Assembly (NCBI GenBank): GCA_049419605.1
Contig: JBMSKF010000005.1
Coordinates: 58-64,057, forward strand
Direction: 5' to 3'
Length of the DNA stretch: 64,000 nucleotides
DNA from: Bacilli bacterium
GTDB taxonomy: Bacteria > Bacillota_I > Bacilli_A > RFN20 > CAG-826
Made by a program: the position numbers and the translations under genes. Shown here piece by piece: positions 18,920 through 28,438 of the stretch (its first letter is position 1; the number at the start of each line of letters is the position of its first letter). The notes under the pieces were generated by a model. That model ran no database searches and was not told the DNA's origin. It was given only the letters and a program-made list of their open reading frames with translations.

Positions 18920-19854
18920 AACTTTCCTCACTCATTTCAGTCTCCCAACAACAAAAAATGAAAAAAGTTTGGTTAGGAAAAACCTTAACTGATGGTTTGC
19001 TATACAAGGTTGTGATTTATTTATTGTTGATTAGTTTTAGTTATATTTATTTATATCCTCTGTTATTTATGTTGATCAACAGTTTAAAATCTGTTGATGA
19101 TTTGATTAATCCTGGTGTGCAATGGATTCCCACCGTCTTAAAGTGGGAAAACTATGAACGCGCCTTTCAAGTTTTAAGTTTGCCAAACTCGTTGATTGAT
19201 TCAACCGTCTATGTTTTAAAGGTCAGTGTCAGTGCGACTTTATCGAGTGCTTTAATTGGTTATGGTTTTGCTCGATTTGATTTCCCTTTTAAACGCTTAT
19301 TCTTTGCAATTATGTTAGCGACCTTTATTCTCCCTCAACAAGTGACCATGGTTGCGAATATGCTTATCTTTAGAGAATTAGAAATCATTTCAACTGAATG
19401 GGCGATGCTGTTACCAGCGATGACAGGGCAAGGTATCAATGCTGCAATTTACATTTTGATTTTTTACACATTCTATCGAACGATTCCAGGCATCCTCATT
19501 GAATCTGCAGAAGTGGATGGGGCTGGTCAATTAAGAATTTTCCGAACCATCATCCTGCCTTTAGCGATACCTTCTTTTGTCATCGTTTTCTTATTTAGTT
19601 TTGTTTGGTATTGGAATGAATCCTTTATTACCGGCTTATATGTAGGTGATAAGGTGACCTTGCCTTTATGGTTACAAGCTTTTAGAGCTTCGTATGAAAC
19701 AATTTTCCCACCTGGTACACCCGGAGCAGAACTAAATGAAGCCATTTTACTTTCAGGAAATATGTTGACGATATTACCTTTACTTTTACTGTATTTCTTT
19801 GGTCAAAAATTATTTACGCAAAGTATCGATAAAACGGGAATCACTGGAGAATAG
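18916..19854 (+). CDS. ABC sugar transporter permease (LplC-like)
   Basis: ATGA overlap with the upstream gene. EAA loop ESAEVDGAGQLRIFRTIILPLAIP. 312 aa. Confidence 0.85.
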   Translation: MKLSSLISVSQQQKMKKVWLGKTLTDGLLYKVVIYLLLISFSYIYLYPLLFMLINSLKSVDDLINPGVQWIPTVLKWENYERAFQVLSLPNSLIDSTVYVLKVSVSATLSSALIGYGFARFDFPFKRLFFAIMLATFILPQQVTMVANMLIFRELEIISTEWAMLLPAMTGQGINAAIYILIFYTFYRTIPGILIESAEVDGAGQLRIFRTIILPLAIPSFVIVFLFSFVWYWNESFITGLYVGDKVTLPLWLQAFRASYETIFPPGTPGAELNEAILLSGNMLTILPLLLLYFFGQKLFTQSIDKTGITGE

Positions 19855-19855
19855 T

Positions 19856-21007
19856 ATGAAAAAAATATGGCCTTTAACATTCTTAATCGTGACCGTCACG
19901 TCTTGTGTCAATCCAAGTGTAAGCTCATCCTCATCAAGTGGTGTTCCTAATGGAAGGTTACCATTAACCCCTGTGGAAGGTTGTGGAGTACAAACGATTG
20001 ATAACCAATGGGTATGTACATGGACTGATGAATTTAATGGAGATGATCTAAATTCTGATCATTGGAATATTGAAGTGAATGGCGATGGTGGTGGTAACCA
20101 AGAAGCTCAATACTACCGCAGTGAAAATATCTCAGTCAGTGATGGCACTTTAAAAATTACAGCTAAAAAAGAAAATTATTTAGGGAAGCAATATACCAGT
20201 GGTCGAATTAATTCCCGTTATAAAGTGAATCCTCAATTTGGTCGAGTAACGTTTCGCGCCAAAATGCCTGCAGGAAGAGGAACTTGGGCAGCAGTATGGA
20301 TGTTACCGTTGTTCAATCGCTTTGGACAATGGCCTAATAGTGGTGAAATCGATATCTTAGAATATGTCGGTTATGACCCAGGCACCGTTTTTTCGGCAAC
20401 GCATACGACTAAATTCAATCATACAAAAAATAACAATCCCAGTGCCTCTAGAGTATTAGTCGATCCTGAAAATCAATTCTATGAATATGAAATGATTTGG
20501 TTACCAGGAGAAATTAGGATGTTTGTGGAAGGCAATCCTTATGGTACCTATCGATATGTTCCACAATTTAATCAAGACGTCCCTTATGATGATGTATTTC
20601 CATTTCAAGAAGAATTTTATTTCATCATTAATCTTGCGGTTGGTGGTAGTTGGGGTGGAGTTCAAGGCATTGATCCGCTTGCCTTTCCTACTGTATTTGA
20701 AATCGATTATTTACGCATATATGAATGGGATTATGCCAATCATGATCTCACACCACCTGAAAAACCAACAGCCCTCGCAACTTCGCAACTCGAGAATACC
20801 ATTCATTGGAATCGCCCAAATGATGACACATGGGTTAGCCATTACGCGATTTATTTAGATGGTGTGAAATATCGCGAAGCAAAAATTAATCAATTTACAT
20901 TCGTTGGACTTGAAGAACGGAGTTACCAAGTTCAAGTTGAAGCGATTGATTTTGTTGGTAGAACTTCACCCTTATCCGATGCTATTACCTTTAACTTTGG
21001 AGGGTAA
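19856..21007 (+). CDS. Surface lipoprotein GH16 endo-beta-1,3-glucanase (laminarinase) with a C-terminal FN3-like domain
   Basis: The ATG at 19856 follows a GGAGAA RBS. Lipobox VTSC plus a poly-Ser linker. GH16 catalytic motif WPNSGEIDILE. The C-terminal roughly 90 aa (PPEKPTALATSQLENTIHWNRP...YQVQVEAID) is FN3-like. Confidence 0.85.
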   Translation: MKKIWPLTFLIVTVTSCVNPSVSSSSSSGVPNGRLPLTPVEGCGVQTIDNQWVCTWTDEFNGDDLNSDHWNIEVNGDGGGNQEAQYYRSENISVSDGTLKITAKKENYLGKQYTSGRINSRYKVNPQFGRVTFRAKMPAGRGTWAAVWMLPLFNRFGQWPNSGEIDILEYVGYDPGTVFSATHTTKFNHTKNNNPSASRVLVDPENQFYEYEMIWLPGEIRMFVEGNPYGTYRYVPQFNQDVPYDDVFPFQEEFYFIINLAVGGSWGGVQGIDPLAFPTVFEIDYLRIYEWDYANHDLTPPEKPTALATSQLENTIHWNRPNDDTWVSHYAIYLDGVKYREAKINQFTFVGLEERSYQVQVEAIDFVGRTSPLSDAITFNFGG

Positions 21008-21011
21008 ACTC

Positions 21012-21728
21012 ATGCTCAAACCACATCAAAAACTTGTCTTTAAAGAAACGTTTCAATCTTTGAATCGTGATGTTTGGAATTTAGAAGTAGGTGAAAAATG
21101 GTTTAACGATGAACGACAATGTTATGTGGATTCACCCAAAAACCTCCAGATCACTCCACAGGGCTTACGAATTATTGCCGATATCAATCCTGCTGAAAAA
21201 AAGTGTCGATATCAATCCATTCGTTTAAATACAAAAGATAAAAAAGAATGGCAGTATGGAACGTTTATTGCTCGCGCCAAACTTCCTCATGGAAAAGGTT
21301 CCTGGCCCGCAATTTGGTTATTAGGTCACGATATTGGAACTGTAAAGTGGCCATTGTGTGGTGAGATTGACTTATTAGAAATGGTGGGACATGATCCAGA
21401 AGTTTTACATTTTAGTTTGCATTCACAGTTACATAATCACATTATTAAAACGCAACGGACGAAGTTTCAAAAAATTCCTGGCATCATGGAAGGTTTTCAT
21501 GATTATAAAATGATTTGGCGTCCCGAAGGCATTAGTTTTTTTATTGATGATATTCATTATGTAACCTTTGAGAAGAAACCAAATGATCCAATTGAAAGTT
21601 GGCCTTTTGACAAACCCTATTATCTGCTCATTAATATTGCGGTTGGAGGTACTTGGGGTGGAAAAATTGAAGAACAAGACATGCCATATGTGATGGATGT
21701 TGAAAAAATTGAGGTGTATCAAGAATGA
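21012..21728 (+). CDS. Cytosolic GH16 beta-glucanase paralog
   Basis: The ATG at 21012 lies 8 nt after a GGAGGG RBS. There is no signal peptide. GH16 motif WPLCGEIDLLE is present, and the domain ends INIAVGGTWGG. Confidence 0.8.
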   Translation: MLKPHQKLVFKETFQSLNRDVWNLEVGEKWFNDERQCYVDSPKNLQITPQGLRIIADINPAEKKCRYQSIRLNTKDKKEWQYGTFIARAKLPHGKGSWPAIWLLGHDIGTVKWPLCGEIDLLEMVGHDPEVLHFSLHSQLHNHIIKTQRTKFQKIPGIMEGFHDYKMIWRPEGISFFIDDIHYVTFEKKPNDPIESWPFDKPYYLLINIAVGGTWGGKIEEQDMPYVMDVEKIEVYQE

Positions 21729-23047
21729 AAGTCATTGTCAGTACTGCTTCAGGAGCTCGCTGGGCAAATCAACCTGTGACACTCTCAAAGGTGCCGATGG
21801 GGACAAGTTTAACTTTAAATCCTAACCAAACCTATCAAACCCATCTTGGATTTGGTGGTTCCCTTACTGAATCAGCGGCCTACACGATCAAAGAAAACCA
21901 TGATGAAGCCACCGTGCAAAACTTATTGGATTTATATTTTTCCAAAGATGGATTAGATTATCACTTTACTCGTATCCATATGAATTCCAGTGATTTCGCC
22001 TTAGGAAATTATACTTACGTTGAATATGGTGATAAGACATTATCAACTTTTTCTATCGCCAGAGAATCTTGGTATGTCTTACCGATGTTAAAAAAGATTT
22101 TAGCCAAACAAAAAGATTTAAAAATTTTGATTTCACCTTGGTCGCCTCCAGGATGGATGAAAGATAATTTACAAATGAATCATGGCGGGGTCTTAAAACC
22201 AGAATTCCATTCATTATGGGCACAATACTACATCAAGTTTATTCAAGCATTGCAACAAGAAGGCATTCAACCCTGGGGTGTCACCGTACAAAATGAACCT
22301 GCTGCTAAACAAGTTTGGGACTCATGCTTATACACACCTGAACAAGAACGAGACTTTATTAAATTACATTTAGGTCCACTATTGCAAAAATATTTTCATG
22401 ATCAAATTAAACTTCTTGTATGGGACCATAATCGGGATATCATGGTTGAAAGAGTTACACCCATCTATGCTGATCCCAAAGCCAGTCAATTTGTTTGGGG
22501 GACAGCCTTCCATTGGTATGGAGAAGAAAAGTTTGAGAATGTCGGTAAAACAAAAGCATTGTTTCCGGATAAACATTTATTGTTCACAGAAGGTTGCATC
22601 GAAGGAGGTCCTCGACCAGGATCTTGGGATACCGGAGAACGATATGCCCGTAATATTATCGGAGATTTTTTACAAGGGAATGAAGGATTCATCGACTGGA
22701 ATTTAGTGTTAAACGAACAAGGGGGTCCTAATCATGTTGGAAATTATTGTGATGCCCCTATTTTATTTGATCGCCGATCTCAAACTGTGATTAAAAATAG
22801 TTCCTATTATGTGATTGGTCATTTTTCAAAATTTATTCCACCTCAATCCAAGCGCATCCAATTCATTGGAAAACTTCCTGATGGCATGCTTGGTGTTGCT
22901 TATCAAACCCCTGAACAAAACAATGTGATGGTCTTATTAAACACCACCACGCTTCCTCAAGTTTTTTCGATGGAAATTCAAGGAACTTGGCAAACCTTTA
23001 CTTTAGAGGCGAAAGCGATTGCCACGATCATCAAAGATGAAAAGTAA
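21725..23047 (+). CDS. GH30 family glycosidase (glucosylceramidase/beta-1,6-glucosidase-like), cytosolic
   Basis: FGGSLTESAAY, VTVQNEP (acid/base Glu) and LLFTEGC (nucleophile Glu). 440 aa with no signal peptide. Confidence 0.8.
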   Translation: MKVIVSTASGARWANQPVTLSKVPMGTSLTLNPNQTYQTHLGFGGSLTESAAYTIKENHDEATVQNLLDLYFSKDGLDYHFTRIHMNSSDFALGNYTYVEYGDKTLSTFSIARESWYVLPMLKKILAKQKDLKILISPWSPPGWMKDNLQMNHGGVLKPEFHSLWAQYYIKFIQALQQEGIQPWGVTVQNEPAAKQVWDSCLYTPEQERDFIKLHLGPLLQKYFHDQIKLLVWDHNRDIMVERVTPIYADPKASQFVWGTAFHWYGEEKFENVGKTKALFPDKHLLFTEGCIEGGPRPGSWDTGERYARNIIGDFLQGNEGFIDWNLVLNEQGGPNHVGNYCDAPILFDRRSQTVIKNSSYYVIGHFSKFIPPQSKRIQFIGKLPDGMLGVAYQTPEQNNVMVLLNTTTLPQVFSMEIQGTWQTFTLEAKAIATIIKDEK

Positions 23048-24068
23048 ATTACGTAAACTTACCATTCATCAATTAGCTGCAGATCTTTCGTTATCTCCAG
23101 GAACCGTCAGTAAAATTCTCAATGATAAAGGTAGTGTCACTGAAGAAACTAGAAATCGGGTGCTAGCGCGGGCAAAAGCATTAGGATATGTTGCAAGCCA
23201 TTCTGCAAGAATCTTAAAGGCAGAGCACACATGGACTATTGGCGTTGTCTTTTCAGACATTGCTTCATTCGGTTTGGAACATCCTTTCTTTGGATCGATT
23301 ATTCAAGCTTTTAAAAACCTCATTGAAGATAAGGGTTACGAAATTGTGTTTATTCCTAAAAAAATAGGTGCGCAAGAACAAACCTATTTACAATGGGCTT
23401 TAAATAAAAGTGTGGATGGTGTTTTGTTATTAACCGGCGACATCAACGCTTCTGATATTCAAGAATTAATCCGCGCTGATATTCCATGTGTATCCGTTGA
23501 CATGGTGGATCCTTTACTTGCCACGGTGATTAGTGATGATTTTCAAGGCATTGAACTTATTTTTAAACACTTTTTACAGCTTGGATTTCAACGGATTTTT
23601 GCTTTTTCTGGATCGACGTTATCGAGAGCCTATCAACAACGAACCGAAGCCTTTGAAAAATTAACCTTACAATTTAAAACAGATCGCGCTAAGGAATTTT
23701 ATTTTTCTACTGATAAATATGGCGTCAAGCATTATTACGAACAAGCACTTCTATGGATTCAAAGTTGGCAAGTCAAACCACAAGCGATTATTGCGTTTTC
23801 TGATGATATTGCGATGGGACTGATTATGGCGTTACAAGAATTAGGTTATCGCGTTCCTGAAGATATTTCCGTATCTGGATATGATGATATTCAATTTGCA
23901 GGTTTGTTTTCCCCACCATTAACGACCATTCGCCAAGATAAAAAAAGGATTGCAGAAACCGCAGCCTTAAAATTATTGTCGATGATTGAGTCTGACGATC
24001 AAACCAAGGGACTTACGAAAGTTCCTGTACAACTCATCGTTCGTCATTCCACTAAACGGATCAAATAA
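23037..24068 (+). CDS. LacI-family transcriptional regulator
   Basis: N-terminal HTH LTIHQLAADLSLSPGTVSKILN followed by a periplasmic-binding-protein-like sugar-binding core. It is the last gene of the operon. The ATG at 23037 is preferred over the TTG at 23019. Confidence 0.85.
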   Translation: MKSKLRKLTIHQLAADLSLSPGTVSKILNDKGSVTEETRNRVLARAKALGYVASHSARILKAEHTWTIGVVFSDIASFGLEHPFFGSIIQAFKNLIEDKGYEIVFIPKKIGAQEQTYLQWALNKSVDGVLLLTGDINASDIQELIRADIPCVSVDMVDPLLATVISDDFQGIELIFKHFLQLGFQRIFAFSGSTLSRAYQQRTEAFEKLTLQFKTDRAKEFYFSTDKYGVKHYYEQALLWIQSWQVKPQAIIAFSDDIAMGLIMALQELGYRVPEDISVSGYDDIQFAGLFSPPLTTIRQDKKRIAETAALKLLSMIESDDQTKGLTKVPVQLIVRHSTKRIK

Positions 24069-24651
24069 CTTTAATTTTGGTTTTGATGAGATAGATGCCA
24101 ATCGATAAAATGGCTAATATGACTCCAATGATCCACATTGGTAAGTTGAAAAAAATCAGTTGCATTATTCCAAAATAAATCAGAAGATTTCCAATCGTTA
24201 ACACCCCATACTGTAACCAAGTTTGCCAGAAATAATCATAGAATTTTTTGTGCTGGAGAGTAAAAGCAATACGCAATGGATAGGTATATACCAAAGGCAT
24301 ACCGATGACGATAATATGTTTCCAAGTCGGTTGTTGTTTCACCCACATCATTGCTTTTTTAGTTGGTTTATATTTTTCTACAACTTGATTGGTTTTTTGG
24401 TGGAGCCAATGGATGAAAAAATAAAAAAGAGAGAACCCAATGGTAAAACCTATCCATAACACCAAACTCGCTAACCAAACATGATTTAAAAGTATGGTAA
24501 GCACGGTCAATAATAAGATGGCAGCAGGTCCTTCTAAAGTCGGATGAAGGATAGCAAGGATGAATACAAAGATGATCCCCATTAATCCTAGAGAAAGGAT
24601 CCATATTTCAATCGTTGACCAAAGGCTTTCAAGCATGATTCTATTGTACAT
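24061..24651 (-). CDS. Polytopic membrane protein, unknown function
   Basis: 196 aa with about five hydrophobic segments. I recognise no motif. Its 3' end overlaps the lacI-family gene by 8 nt (convergent). Confidence 0.5.
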   Translation of the reverse strand: MYNRIMLESLWSTIEIWILSLGLMGIIFVFILAILHPTLEGPAAILLLTVLTILLNHVWLASLVLWIGFTIGFSLFYFFIHWLHQKTNQVVEKYKPTKKAMMWVKQQPTWKHIIVIGMPLVYTYPLRIAFTLQHKKFYDYFWQTWLQYGVLTIGNLLIYFGIMQLIFFNLPMWIIGVILAILSIGIYLIKTKIKVI

Positions 24652-24730
24652 TCTTTAAGATTAGGTTAAAAATAAATCCTTTCGCAAGGAATTGAAGAAA
24701 CAATGGTAAAATGACATTTAGAGGTTACTT

Positions 24731-26068
24731 ATGGAAAAATCATTGAAAAAGACGCCGGCTAAATTCACAAAAAAAGAATGGGCCTATATTTTTTATGACT
24801 GGGCAGAATCTGCATTTACAGTTGTGTTCGCTACCTTTATCTTTCCCGGACTCTATGCATATTTATCTACTGAGGGTGGTGGCGGTTTAACCAATGATCA
24901 ATCCTCCATTCTTTATCAAGTTATCATTTCTACAATTTCTATTATCATCGCGATTAGTTCACCTATATTAGGAACTTTATCGGATTATCGTGGTACAAAA
25001 AATCGTTTCTTTAAGTTATTTTTCTATGTTGGTATTTTTAGTAGCGTGTTGATTCCACTTTATCCCTATTTCCCTTGGTGGCTTGTTTTAATTCCATTTG
25101 CAGTTGCCTATCTTGCGTATAACGCGACCAATGTTTTTTATGATTCATTTATCGTTGATGTCACCACAGACGAAAGAATGGATAATGTCTCTACCACTGC
25201 CTATGCCTTTGGATATTTAGGTGGGTCTACTATTCCCTTAGTGTTAGGGATTGCCTTTATCATGTTGTTACCAGATCCTATTGATTTACAATTAACCTTT
25301 TTAGTCACGACCTTATGGTGGTTTGTATTTTCAATTCCATTTTTAAGACATGTTAAACAAGTTCACGGTATTGAGCCCGAAAAGAATCCTGTTAAACAAT
25401 CCTTCGGAAGATTATTTTCCACATTTAAAGAAGCAAAAAAATACCGAAAAGTCTTCTTATTTTTAATCGCATTCTTTTTTTATATTGATGGCGTACATAC
25501 CATTATTTCTCAAGCTGTTCCCTTTGCAGTCAATGCGATTCCTGAAGTTACTGGCGAAAATGTTAATGATGTTTTATTACCTATCTTCTTAATGATTCAA
25601 GTTGCCGCTTTCTTATTTGCATTATTGTTTGCGCAACTTGCCAAACGTTATAAAACAGAACATTTATTACTGGTGACCATTGGAGTTTATGCATTCATCA
25701 GCTTATTTGGATTCTTTATTAATGATGTCACGATGTTTACTATTTTAGGATTGCTGGTTGCCACTTCTCAAGGCGCGATTCAATCTTTATCAAGATCCTA
25801 CTTTGGTAAGATCATTCCAAAAGAAAAAGCGAATGAATTTTTTGGTCTATACACAGTCTTTTCACGCGTTGCTGCCTTTATGGGGCCCGCAATTATAGCC
25901 GTGGTGAGTTCAATCGTCTTAATCATTAACGATACAACTGAAATTGTGGATCCTAATTTTCCTGGTGCAATGCGGTATGGTATCCTAGCCCTTATTGTCC
26001 TGTTCTTTGGCGGAGCTTACTTATTTAATCGGGCAAGAAAAATTCCCACCACTTATTTAGACCAATAA
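24731..26068 (+). CDS. MFS transporter, UMF1/Atg22-like family
   Basis: N-terminal KKEWAYIFYDWAESAFTVVFATFIFP is a signature typical of UMF1-type MFS proteins. There are about 12 TM segments. Confidence 0.7.
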   Translation: MEKSLKKTPAKFTKKEWAYIFYDWAESAFTVVFATFIFPGLYAYLSTEGGGGLTNDQSSILYQVIISTISIIIAISSPILGTLSDYRGTKNRFFKLFFYVGIFSSVLIPLYPYFPWWLVLIPFAVAYLAYNATNVFYDSFIVDVTTDERMDNVSTTAYAFGYLGGSTIPLVLGIAFIMLLPDPIDLQLTFLVTTLWWFVFSIPFLRHVKQVHGIEPEKNPVKQSFGRLFSTFKEAKKYRKVFLFLIAFFFYIDGVHTIISQAVPFAVNAIPEVTGENVNDVLLPIFLMIQVAAFLFALLFAQLAKRYKTEHLLLVTIGVYAFISLFGFFINDVTMFTILGLLVATSQGAIQSLSRSYFGKIIPKEKANEFFGLYTVFSRVAAFMGPAIIAVVSSIVLIINDTTEIVDPNFPGAMRYGILALIVLFFGGAYLFNRARKIPTTYLDQ

Positions 26069-26072
26069 GGAT

Positions 26073-27080
26073 ATGCCTTCGATTTTAACCCATCAATATT
26101 TTGCCAATTTAATTATTGACGATCTTAAAAAATCATCACCTTTTTTGCATACTCAAATTGCATCGGTGTGGTTAGGTTCGCAAGGACCGGATCCATTTTT
26201 TTTCTATGGTCATGCTATTTTAAAGAAACGATTATCGACGACTTCAATTAATCAATTCGGATCGACGTTACACAATCAAGACCCCGTCGATTCCCTTTGG
26301 CCATTGATTGAGCAAGGTTGGATGAGTAATCAAGCCGATGAAGTAACGAAAGCTTATGTGATGGGTGCTTTAACCCATTACGCGCTGGATCGCACTTGCC
26401 ATCCCTATGTTTTTTATCGCTCAGGTTTTGACGAACATGGGACTTTATCGGGTCACTATAATGCCGATCATGCAAGGTTAGAAGTAGAAATGGATGTTGC
26501 ACTAATCGACCGTTTTAAACTTCAATCCAAAACCTATCAACCTCGAGTTACCTTAGATATTTCAAAAGTAAGTTTACAAACCATTAGTCAATTATATTTC
26601 CAAGCATTCCCTAAACAAACCCAACATGAGACATTTCAATTAGCAGTCGAGGATATGCAGTCGGTATATCGATTTTTGTATCATGGATCGATTTTCAATC
26701 GCTTGTTGGTCATCCTAGTTTCAGGTCGACGGTCTTTACCGATGGGTTTGATTCATCCACATCGATTACCAGCTTCAGTGAAAGATAGATCACTCAATGT
26801 TTCTCGTAAACAATGGAAAGACCCAGTCACAGGTAAAACTTCACAAGCCACGGTGATGCAAATGATTCAAGAGGCTAAGACTTATATCCTGCCATTGTTA
26901 AAAACACTCATCGATGGAAAGTTAACAAAAAGCTTATTAAAGGATTGGACTGATCGGATTGATTATGATGGTAAACCCGTTGGGAAGACCATGCAATATT
27001 TCCATTCTTATTACCCTTCTTACCAAGGTAAACCATCTCAAGATAATATTCGCAATCATCCTTCGAAGAAAAGCGTATAA
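26073..27080 (+). CDS. Zinc-dependent phospholipase C-like family protein (function unknown)
   Basis: The His/Asp pattern ILTHQYF...GSQGPDPFFF...GALTHYALDRTCHPYV is typical of this family. There is no signal peptide. Confidence 0.5.
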   Translation: MPSILTHQYFANLIIDDLKKSSPFLHTQIASVWLGSQGPDPFFFYGHAILKKRLSTTSINQFGSTLHNQDPVDSLWPLIEQGWMSNQADEVTKAYVMGALTHYALDRTCHPYVFYRSGFDEHGTLSGHYNADHARLEVEMDVALIDRFKLQSKTYQPRVTLDISKVSLQTISQLYFQAFPKQTQHETFQLAVEDMQSVYRFLYHGSIFNRLLVILVSGRRSLPMGLIHPHRLPASVKDRSLNVSRKQWKDPVTGKTSQATVMQMIQEAKTYILPLLKTLIDGKLTKSLLKDWTDRIDYDGKPVGKTMQYFHSYYPSYQGKPSQDNIRNHPSKKSV

Positions 27081-27089
27081 TATTTTTTT

Positions 27090-27764
27090 GTGAAACCAAC
27101 TTGGCACCGATTCTCATTTCGTTATCTTAGTCTTTATTTCATAGGCATTATTGCCTTAGGTTTAGGTGTTTCATTATTTTCCCGTGCCAATCTAGGGGTT
27201 GCCCCGTGGGATACTGCGGTGATCAACTTAAGAAGCTTATTGCTGTCTTTAAATGTAACCATTACCCTTGGTCAAAGTTCATTGATTCATACCACTTTTT
27301 TATTGCTTGTCGTGTTGTTGATTGGTAAGCGTCTACAAGCTTTGTTAGCCATTTTCCCGATGCTTTTGATTTCTTTATCCATTGATTTGTGGGATGTGGT
27401 TATTTTACCTTCTTTATTTCCTTCAGCAATTCCCTTATCGTTGAGAATCGTTTTTTTCCTCTTTGCTTTATTCGTCATGACATGGGGACTTGCGACGATC
27501 ATCATCAGTGGATTCCCACCTAATGTATACGACGACCTTCAACTCACCATTATCCGTGTTTTCAAAATTAAATCATTTACGCTCGCTCGATGGATTATTG
27601 AATTTTCTGGAATTACACTTGGATTAATTTATGCATTGCTTGAAGGGGATGGTTTAGGAAGTATCACTATTTTATCCTTCTTGCTCGCAGTGGCTTTTGG
27701 AAGTTTTATTACATTTTTCGTCAAACTATATCAACGATTTAAAATCATCAATCGTACCATATGA
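27090..27764 (+). CDS. YczE/YitT-like integral membrane protein (paralog 1)
   Basis: GTG start. GLGVSLFSRANLGVAPWDT motif. About six TM segments. Confidence 0.6.
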   Translation: MKPTWHRFSFRYLSLYFIGIIALGLGVSLFSRANLGVAPWDTAVINLRSLLLSLNVTITLGQSSLIHTTFLLLVVLLIGKRLQALLAIFPMLLISLSIDLWDVVILPSLFPSAIPLSLRIVFFLFALFVMTWGLATIIISGFPPNVYDDLQLTIIRVFKIKSFTLARWIIEFSGITLGLIYALLEGDGLGSITILSFLLAVAFGSFITFFVKLYQRFKIINRTI

Positions 27765-28438
27765 AGCAAACATTACTCGCCTCTAAACATCTTCTTTTCC
27801 TCTATGTGACAGGTGTTTTGACTGCCTCATTAGGCGTGTTTTTGATGAAATCTAGTACTTTAGGTTTAGGACCTTGGGGTGTTGCAGCTTATGAACTTAA
27901 TGCTTTATTGAATCCAATTCTTGGCTTCTTTACTTTTGGTGCCGCCTCCACCGTTCATACATACACAATGATTTTATTTATCTTACTCATTAATAAAAAT
28001 TTAAAATCAGCATTTGTGTTTGTTTCTGTATTATTAACGAACGGTATGGTGGATTTTTATGACTATATTTTATTTCCACAATGGGTGATTAACAATTTAG
28101 AATCTGCAATCTTGAGTCATGGGGTTGGTTTTCTTGTGTATTGTTTGGGATCCGCATTATTAATTCTTTCAACATTCCCCGGCATGGTGATTGAAGAATT
28201 TACTTTTGCCATCATGAAATTATTTAAGATCAAAAACTATCCATTGATGCGCACGATTGTTGCATATTTTGGTTTTGTTTTAGCGTTGATTTACGGTCTA
28301 TTGTCTGGCACGAATGCAAGTTCGATCACTTGGTTATCGTTTGTCCTTGGTGTTGCCTTTGGACCAGTGATTCAAAAAATCGTCAAAACGATTCGCCAAT
28401 CAAAATTAGGAATTCACCTTAAGACTAAACAAGCTTAA
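27761..28438 (+). CDS. YczE/YitT-like integral membrane protein (paralog 2)
   Basis: ATGA overlap with paralog 1. SLGVFLMKSSTLGLGPWGV motif. Its architecture matches the upstream gene. Confidence 0.6.
   Translation: MKQTLLASKHLLFLYVTGVLTASLGVFLMKSSTLGLGPWGVAAYELNALLNPILGFFTFGAASTVHTYTMILFILLINKNLKSAFVFVSVLLTNGMVDFYDYILFPQWVINNLESAILSHGVGFLVYCLGSALLILSTFPGMVIEEFTFAIMKLFKIKNYPLMRTIVAYFGFVLALIYGLLSGTNASSITWLSFVLGVAFGPVIQKIVKTIRQSKLGIHLKTKQA

Noticed and set aside
19799-21011. Apparent out-of-frame overlaps of the two GH16 genes (track starts 19799 and 20904) could suggest frameshifts or pseudogenes.
   Set aside because: Both extensions begin at TTG codons inside the preceding genes. Internal ATGs at 19856 and 21012 have good RBSs. 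They give a clean lipoprotein signal and a clean GH16 N-terminus respectively.
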